This document shows positions 60,201 through 64,000 of a stretch of 64,000 bases of DNA, piece by piece. Positions within the stretch are counted from its first letter, which is position 1. Each line of letters starts with the position of its first letter. Source of the DNA: Owenia fusiformis (taxonomy: Eukaryota); contig CAIIXF020000001.1 of the NCBI GenBank assembly GCA_903813345.2, forward strand, positions 372,001 to 436,000, written 5' to 3'. The position numbers and the translations under genes were made by a program. The notes under the pieces are model-generated. The model saw nothing but the letters and a program-made list of their open reading frames with translations, ran no database searches and was not told the origin of the DNA.

Positions 60201-63200
60201 ATTTATATTATAATATACCATTCAATTTTGTGATGATATATGTGTAATGGGAAACATTTTTAATTTACCAATCGATATTGTGATAATATGTGTTTAATGG
60301 AAAACATTTATATTTTAATTTACCAATCAATATTGTGATGATATTTGTTTATTGGAAAACATTCATATTTTGATTTACCAATCATATGTGTTTAATGGAA
60401 ACATTTATATTCTAATTTACCAATCGATATTGTGATAATATGTGTTTAATGGGAAACATTTATATTCTAATTTACCAATCAATATTGTGATAATATGTGT
60501 TTAATGTAAAACATTTATATTTTAATTTACCAATCAATATTGTGATAACATGTGTTTAATGGAAAACATCTATGTTTTGATTTACCGATCAATATTGTGA
60601 AAATATGTGTTTAATGTAAAACATTTATATTTTAATTTACCAATCAATATTGTGATAACATGTGTTTAATGGAAAACATTTATCTTTTAATTTACCAATC
60701 AATATTGTGATAATATGTGTTTAATGGAAAACATTTATGTTTTGATTTACCAATCAATATTGTGATAATATGTGTTTAAGTGGAAAACATTTATGTTTTG
60801 ATTTACCAATCAATATTGTGATAATATGTGTTTAATGGAAAACATTTATATTTTGATTTACCGCTCAATATTGTGAAAATATGTGTTTAATGGAAAACAT
60901 TTATATTTTAATTTACCAATCAATATTGTGATGATATGTGTTTAATGGAAAACATTTATCTTTTAATTTACCAATCAATATTGTGATAATATGAGTTTAA
61001 TGGAAAACATTTATGTTTTGATTTACCAATCAATATTGTGATAATATGTGTTTAATGGAAAACATTTATATTTTGATTTACCGCTCAATATTGTGAAAAT
61101 ATGTGTTTAATGGAAAACATTTATGTTTTGATTTACCAATCAATATTGTGATAAAATGTGTTTAATGGAAAACATTTATATTTTGATTTACCGCTTAATA
61201 TTGTGAAAATATGTGTTTAATGGGAAACCTTTATATTTTTATTTACCAATCAATATTGTGATAATATGTGTTTAATGGAAAACATTTATGTTTTGATTTA
61301 CCAATCAATATTGTGATGATATGTGTTTAATGGGAAATATTTATATTTTAATTTACCAATAAATATTGTGATAATATGTGTTTAATGGGAAACCTTTATA
61401 TTTTAATTTACCAATCAATATTGTGATAATATGTGTTTAATGGAAAACATTTATGTTTTGATTTACCAGTCAATATTGTGATAATATGTGTTTAATGGAA
61501 AACATTTATATTTTAATTTATCAATCAATATAGTGATAATATGTGTTTAATGGGAAACATTTAAAATTATTATTATCTTATTTCCAGATCCATTCATTCC
61601 TGATAACTAACCTTGCCATCGGCGACTTTCTGATGGGGCTCTATCTTCTCATAATTGCATCTGTGGACGCCTTCTATAGAGGGCACTACATAGTCTACCA
61701 CGACACTTGGAGAAAGAGCAGCATGTGTAACTTTGCTGGGTTCTTATCTACGTTCTCGTGTGAAATATCAGTATTTACCTTAACGGTGATTACCCTGGAC
61801 AGACTCATTGTAATCATATTCCCATTCAAGGCAAAGCGGATGTCTATAAGACAAGCCCGGGGTGTTATGCTGACAGCTTGGTTAGTCGTGTCCTTCCTGG
61901 CTGGACTACCCTTATCCAACGCACCTTACTTTAAAGACTTCTACGGTAGATCGGGTGTCTGCCTCGCACTTCATATCACACACGATAAACCCAATGGTTG
62001 GGAATATTCAGTATTTATATTTCTAGCGCTCAATATGGTATCATTTCTCTTTATTGCATCTTCTTATATATCAATGTTCATCGTTGCCAAGCGGACCCAA
62101 GGCGCCGTGCGAAGCCAGGAGGTAAAGAATGATACTAAGTTAGCGAGGAGGATGACGTTGATTGTTATGACGGACTTCTGCTGTTGGGTACCCATCATAT
62201 TACTGGGCATTATCTCCTTGATGGGGTTCAACATTCACTCCCAGGTACGTATTATTCTAAAAACTAATTGAATGTCGTTCATATTATCACTCATAGAAAA
62301 TTAATAAAATAAGTATTTATGTTGGGAATGCATTTATGTCACAACTTTCGCCTGGGAGACCATACATTTCTACCTCATTATGTTTTCAGATATACAATCC
62401 TGTGTGGATGTAATAGAGTTTATTTAATTATGGGATTAAATATGGTTATAATTCCAAGGAACAATATGATTTTTCCCAAGTGAATAAAATCTACATACGA
62501 TCCCTCCCAGTAAAACCTTTCTTCCATTTCATAATCTTTACAGATATACACCCTTTTATATGACTGCATTTTTTCTTTCCCTATCATTGCTTTCAGAAAA
62601 ATTCCTGCCTGGCTACATCATTCTCCCTCATTTTGCTTTCAGATATGTTCCTCGTTGACTATATCGTTCTCCCTCATTTTGCTTTCAGTTATGTTCCTGG
62701 CTGGCTATATCTTCTTCCTCATTTTGATTTCAGATATACGCCTGCCTGGCTATATCATTCTCCCTCATTTTGCTTTCAGATATATTCCTGGTTGGCTATA
62801 TCGTTCTCCCTCATTTTAATTTCAGATATACGCCTGCGTGGCTATATCGTTCTCCCTCATTTTGCTTTCAGATATATTCCTGGCTTGTTATATCATTCTC
62901 CTTCATTTTGCTTTCAGATATATTCCTGGGTGGCTATATCATTCTCCATCATTTTGCTTTCAGATATATTCCTGCGTGGCTATATCGTTCTCCCTCATTT
63001 TGCTTTCAGATATGGTCCTGGTTGGCTATATCGTTCTCCCTCATTTTGCTTTCAGATATATTCCTGGCTGGCTATATCATGCTCCTTCATTTTGCTTTCA
63101 GATATATTCCTGGGTGGCTATATCATTCTCAATCATTTTGCTTTCAGATATATTCCTGCGTGGCTATATCGTTCTCTCTCATTTTGCTTTCAGATATGGT

Positions 63201-63694
63201 CCTGGTTGGCTATATCGTTCTCCCTCATTTTGCTTTCAGATATATTCCTGGCTGGCTATATCATTCTCCTTCATTTTGCTTTCAGATATATTCCTGGGTG
63301 ACTATATCGTTCTCCCTCATTTTGCTTTCAGATATGGTCCTGGCTGGCTATAGCGTTATCCCTCATTTTGATTTCAGATATGTTCCTGGTTGGCATCCCT
63401 CATTTTGCTTTCAGATATATTCCTGGTTGGGAATATCGTTCGCCCTCATTTTGTGTTAATATATATTCCTGGTTGACTATTTTATTCTCCCTCATTTTGC
63501 TTTAAGATATGTTCCTTGTTGGCTATATTTTTCTCCCTCATTTTGCTTTCAGATATACGCCTGGGTGGCTGTATTCGTTCTCCCTCTAAATTCAGCGCTG
63601 AACCCTGTAATATACACGATCTCAACAGCTCCGTTTCTCAAGCGTGCTCGTCTCTTAAGAAGATCATTCATGACTAAGGACACCAGTAGTACAG
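9204..63694 (+). CDS. GRL101: GRL101-like G protein-coupled receptor (12 LDLa + LRR + 7TM; LGR type C2), spliced over 24 exons, 3' end probably beyond the window
   Basis: Exons join in frame through GT-AG introns (phase 1 for LDLa, phase 2 for LRR, phase 0 in the 7TM). Motifs [53 protein letters not shown] and [19 protein letters not shown] match my recollection of Lymnaea GRL101; no database search was run. Confidence 0.93.
10053..10128. repeat. 18-bp tandem repeat x4 (CCATGACCATATCAATAT)
   Basis: Exact copies at 10053, 10071, 10089 and 10107. Confidence 0.9.
11360..12603. repeat. 36-bp minisatellite (ATGGAACATTTTCCATTTACACCGCTGCTCATATTT), interrupted by the MITE
   Basis: About 1 unit to the left of the MITE and ~15 to the right; source of the 12-aa repeat ORFs. 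Confidence 0.9.
11410..12043. mobile_element. Tc1/mariner-type MITE (CAGGGTGTCCCG TIR, TA TSD)
   Basis: Long TIRs with TA on both sides; second copy at 33943-34567. Confidence 0.85.
13508..13732. repeat. 31-bp minisatellite, ~7 copies (GAGGCGACTTATATCCAAAGGGCATGAAGAT)
   Basis: Unit starts at 13540, 13571, 13602, 13633, 13664 and 13695. Confidence 0.85.
15987..16217. mobile_element. MITE with GAG termini and 4-bp ATAT TSD (Sola2-like)
   Basis: ATAT|GAGCCAGGCCA...TGGCCAGGCTC|ATAT. Confidence 0.65.
17149..17574. mobile_element. hAT-type MITE, 8-bp TSD ATTTTGAC
   Basis: TAGGAGTTCCACGATT...AATCGTGGGACCCCTA flanked by ATTTTGAC; internal AATCG motifs. Confidence 0.75.
18012..20124. mobile_element. 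2.1-kb element, CAC...GTG ends, ~490-bp inverted arms, 5-bp TSD GTATA
   Basis: GTATA|CACCCCGGGTGA...TCACCCGGGGTG|GTATA; arm homology fades inward to ~18505 and ~19630. Confidence 0.85.
20161..21196. mobile_element. Animal EnSpm/CACTA-like non-autonomous element, 2-bp TSD GA
   Basis: GA|CACTCTTAAAAAT...ATTTTTAAGAGTG|GA; subterminal TACTT/AAGTA repeats. Confidence 0.65.
23697..23852 (+). CDS. GRL101: Exon 2: LDLa1 ([33 protein letters not shown])
   Basis: TTACAG acceptor, GTGAGT donor, 6 Cys. Confidence 0.88.
24115..24600 (+). pseudogene. Decayed L1/Tx1-clade LINE reverse transcriptase fragment
   Basis: Collinear SQ*ADDTTLF (YADD with a stop), [28 protein letters not shown] and [18 protein letters not shown], separated by frameshifts. 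Confidence 0.8.
25889..28279. mobile_element. 2.4-kb element, CAC...GTG ends, ~250-bp near-perfect TIRs, 5-bp TSD TAGAT
   Basis: TAGAT|CACTGGGGATGAAC...GTTCATCCCCAGTG|TAGAT; repeated AACGAGGCA subterminal motifs. Confidence 0.9.
26855..27095. mobile_element. MITE nested in the 25889-28279 element
   Basis: TAGGGAGCTTAAGC...GTTAAACCTCCCTA imperfect TIRs. Confidence 0.55.
29292..30829. mobile_element. 1.5-kb element, CAC...GTG ends, ~430-bp diverged TIRs, 5-bp TSD TAATC
   Basis: TAATC|CACGCCTAACCA...TGGTTAGGTGTG|TAATC; arms 29292-29720 and 30395-30829. Confidence 0.8.
31305..32182 (-). mobile_element. Hairpin-type element with an internal tandem duplication and AATCGTATT repeats
   Basis: Duplicated blocks ~31305-31555 and ~31730-32015; terminal hairpin ~31993-32182; related fragments at ~3090 and ~62430-62520. 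Confidence 0.6.
33943..34567. mobile_element. Tc1/mariner-type MITE, second copy (inverted relative to 11410-12043)
   Basis: TA|CAGGGTGTCCCG...CGGGACACCCTG|TA. Confidence 0.85.
34898..35017 (+). CDS. GRL101: Exon 3: LDLa2 ([39 protein letters not shown])
   Basis: TTTTAG / GTAATG, phase 1-1, 120 nt. Confidence 0.9.
35056..36680. repeat. Element with an internal ~300-bp two-subunit tandem repeat and G-tracts
   Basis: Alternating subunits CCCTAGAAA.TTTTACAATTTTAAGATGCTATTTGGTG (x5) and CCCCAGAAACATT..C.ATATCAAGG.GCTATTTGATG (x4). Confidence 0.7.
37060..37960. repeat. Diverged tandem triplication of a ~210-330-bp unit
   Basis: GCCTTAAAA.CTCTGTCGATA recurs at ~37177, ~37390 and ~37700. Confidence 0.7.
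38316..38455. mobile_element. PIF/Harbinger-like (Tourist-type) MITE, TAA TSD
   Basis: TAA|TGCCTTGGTCACAT...ATGTGACCAAGGCA|TAA; partial relative at ~20577-20643. Confidence 0.75.
39094..39210 (+). CDS. GRL101: Exon 4: LDLa3 ([35 protein letters not shown])
   Basis: Weak AAG acceptor, GTAAGC donor, canonical DxSDE. Confidence 0.9.
39211..40277. repeat. 41-bp minisatellite, ~26 copies, starting at the exon 4 donor
   Basis: Unit ATAAGCAAAGGATTGGGCGTGTTATGTAGAATGTTTTCAAG; the first copy begins GTAAGC. Confidence 0.95.
40653..44665. mobile_element. Possible degraded EnSpm-like element
   Basis: Clusters of TGCAACC (40770-40950) and GGTTGCA (44460-44650) in opposite orientation; ends match only imperfectly. 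Confidence 0.35.
43245..43335. repeat. 21-bp tandem repeat, ~4 copies (TTGAACAGCTAATTAAAACGG)
   Basis: Direct inspection. Confidence 0.75.
45109..45225 (+). CDS. GRL101: Exon 5: LDLa4 ([35 protein letters not shown])
   Basis: TTTTAG / GTAAGA, canonical LDLa. Confidence 0.92.
45655..45786. repeat. Pentanucleotide microsatellite (CCTAT)n-(CCCAT)n-(CCATA)n
   Basis: Direct inspection. Confidence 0.95.
46188..46289 (+). CDS. GRL101: Exon 6: LDLa5, atypical 4-Cys module ([32 protein letters not shown])
   Basis: TTTTAG / GTAAGT; final Cys codon is split across the intron. Confidence 0.85.
46492..46611 (+). CDS. GRL101: Exon 7: LDLa6, 8-Cys module ([37 protein letters not shown])
   Basis: CCAAG / GTGAGA, 120 nt. 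Confidence 0.9.
46632..49228. repeat. 28-bp minisatellite, ~90 diverged copies (GGGCATGTTCTGTAGTGAAGTGTTCAAA)
   Basis: 28-bp period measured at 48524, 48552, 48580 and 48608. Confidence 0.9.
49483..49635 (+). CDS. GRL101: Exon 8: LDLa7 with loop insertions ([48 protein letters not shown])
   Basis: TTTTAG / GTAAGC, 153 nt. Confidence 0.9.
50195..51112. mobile_element. Old Tc1/mariner-type MITE (CAGGGT ends, TA TSD)
   Basis: ~130-bp diverged inverted ends. Confidence 0.6.
51225..51362 (+). CDS. GRL101: Exon 9: LDLa8 ([39 protein letters not shown])
   Basis: TTTCAG / GTAAAT, 138 nt. Confidence 0.88.
51641..51763 (+). CDS. GRL101: Exon 10: LDLa9 ([35 protein letters not shown])
   Basis: TTGTAG / GTACGT; visible in ORF 51607..51831. 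Confidence 0.92.
51781..52895. mobile_element. Foldback element, CA(C/T)...GTG ends, 5-bp TSD TATAT, with a minisatellite inside its left arm
   Basis: TATAT|CATCCCATGCAGACAGATC...GATCTGTCTGCATGGGGTG|TATAT; arms 52370-52603 and 52636-52870. Confidence 0.75.
51858..52354. repeat. 49-bp minisatellite, ~10 near-identical copies
   Basis: CATGATGACAGTCACATTGAGTTCTATGAGTATGAGAATAGCATGCCGT. Confidence 0.95.
53192..53308 (+). CDS. GRL101: Exon 11: LDLa10 ([35 protein letters not shown])
   Basis: CTTTAG / GTGAGT, 117 nt. Confidence 0.92.
53520..53803 (+). mobile_element. Hairpin + IR-cassette element
   Basis: Hairpin ~53525-53668; TTCTAATATGATA...TATCATATTAGAA. Confidence 0.55.
54237..54356 (+). CDS. 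GRL101: Exon 12: LDLa11 lacking SDE ([36 protein letters not shown])
   Basis: TTCCAG / GTAAGT, 120 nt. Confidence 0.9.
54567..54698 (+). CDS. GRL101: Exon 13: LDLa12 ([38 protein letters not shown])
   Basis: AAACAG / GTAAGG, 132 nt. Confidence 0.88.
55172..55292 (+). CDS. GRL101: Exon 14: LRR N-terminal cap ([26 protein letters not shown])
   Basis: TTTCAG / GTAGGT, switch from phase 1 to phase 2. Confidence 0.9.
56023..56091 (+). CDS. GRL101: Exon 15: LRR ([23 protein letters not shown])
   Basis: TTCCAG / GTAAGA, 69 nt, phase 2-2. Confidence 0.88.
56318..57482. mobile_element. Non-autonomous DNA transposon with TTA TSD
   Basis: GCATTCAAAAGTTTGCGTGAGACC / GGTCTCACGCTAACTTTTGAATGC; internal GGAATTTGA repeats. 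Confidence 0.6.
57570..57641 (+). CDS. GRL101: Exon 16: LRR ([24 protein letters not shown])
   Basis: 72-nt phase 2-2 exon, TTTCAG / GTAAGT. Confidence 0.92.
58103..58174 (+). CDS. GRL101: Exon 17: LRR ([24 protein letters not shown])
   Basis: 72 nt, TTTTAG / GTAAGT. Confidence 0.92.
58547..58618 (+). CDS. GRL101: Exon 18: LRR ([24 protein letters not shown])
   Basis: 72 nt, TTTCAG / GTAAGT. Confidence 0.92.
58740..58811 (+). CDS. GRL101: Exon 19: LRR ([24 protein letters not shown])
   Basis: 72 nt, TTTCAG / GTAAGT. Confidence 0.92.
59036..59107 (+). CDS. GRL101: Exon 20: LRR ([24 protein letters not shown])
   Basis: 72 nt, CTACAG / GTGAGT. Confidence 0.92.
59275..59346 (+). CDS. GRL101: Exon 21: LRR ([24 protein letters not shown])
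   Basis: 72 nt, TTGTAG / GTGAGT. Confidence 0.92.
59645..59843 (+). CDS. GRL101: Exon 22: hinge (TDEFKFCC...[10 protein letters not shown]) and TM1
   Basis: ORF 59634..59864; TTCTAG / GTAAGC, phase 2 to phase 0. Confidence 0.95.
60225..61562. repeat. 55-bp AT-rich minisatellite, ~24 copies, ending ~25 nt before the exon 23 acceptor
   Basis: Unit AATATTGTGATAATATGTGTTTAATGGAAAACATTTATATTTTAATTTACCAATC. Confidence 0.92.
61588..62244 (+). CDS. GRL101: Exon 23: TM2-TM6
   Basis: ORF 61543..62271; TTCCAG / GTACGT; 657 nt. Confidence 0.97.
62583..63585 (+). repeat. 46-bp minisatellite made of the splice acceptor plus the start of the TM7 exon, ~22 units
   Basis: Unit CATTTTGCTTTCAG|ATATATTCCTGGCTGGCTATATCGTTCTCCCT; the last unit is the real exon 24 junction. 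Confidence 0.95.
63553..63694 (+). CDS. GRL101: Exon 24: TM7 and proximal C-tail ([39 protein letters not shown]...)
   Basis: TTTCAG acceptor at 63551-63552; NPxxY motif; CAG|GTGAGA donor at 63695 (read-through would stop at 63741). Confidence 0.92.
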
Positions 63695-64000
63695 GTGAGA
63701 AGAGAAAGATGGCAGTATTTATTTGTATAGTTATACCTTGAAATTCCATCTTCTGTCACCCAGTCACGACCCCAGGGTCCCAAATGGGGAAGATACTTCA
63801 CATTTATCAATTGCAACAAGTATGACATTCGGTTCATCGGTGGGTTCGACCGCCCTGGAAAGGGGAGGCTCTTAGAAGTGTACTTTTGTAAAGATGGTTC
63901 TCATAAAATCTCAAGGCATAATAAATCGCGAAGACCCATTATGCATTTGTGTTACCTTGTTTATCATTTACAAACATCCTCCGACACAGAGGTCCGACAT

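Noticed and set aside
62633-63459. Three hydrophobic 171-229 aa ORFs as separate membrane-protein genes
   Set aside because: They are the three frames of the 46-bp array and matter only as possible mis-splicing products.

Overview
AT-rich invertebrate (metazoan) genomic DNA, not prokaryotic. One plus-strand, multi-exon gene spans about 9.2-63.7 kb. It encodes a GRL101-type LDLa-LRR G protein-coupled receptor (LGR type C2). I reconstructed 24 coding exons by hand, all with GT-AG boundaries and consistent phases: signal peptide, 12 LDLa exons, LRRNT, 7 LRR exons, hinge+TM1, TM2-6 and TM7. Together they give about 3,202 nt (~1,067 aa), and the gene probably continues past the window end. The introns and upstream DNA are full of non-autonomous DNA transposons, a decayed L1/Tx1 LINE and minisatellites. 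Main oddities: (i) a 46-bp array built from ~21 copies of the TM7 exon's own 3' splice site plus exon start; (ii) five elements with different TIR sequences that share CAC...GTG ends and exact 5-bp TSDs, two of them with mirrored inward-facing ATG-exon-donor units in their TIRs; (iii) a family of hairpin + inverted-repeat cassette elements that nest into each other; (iv) several minisatellites sitting directly against splice sites. Nearly all ORFs in the supplied track are spurious.
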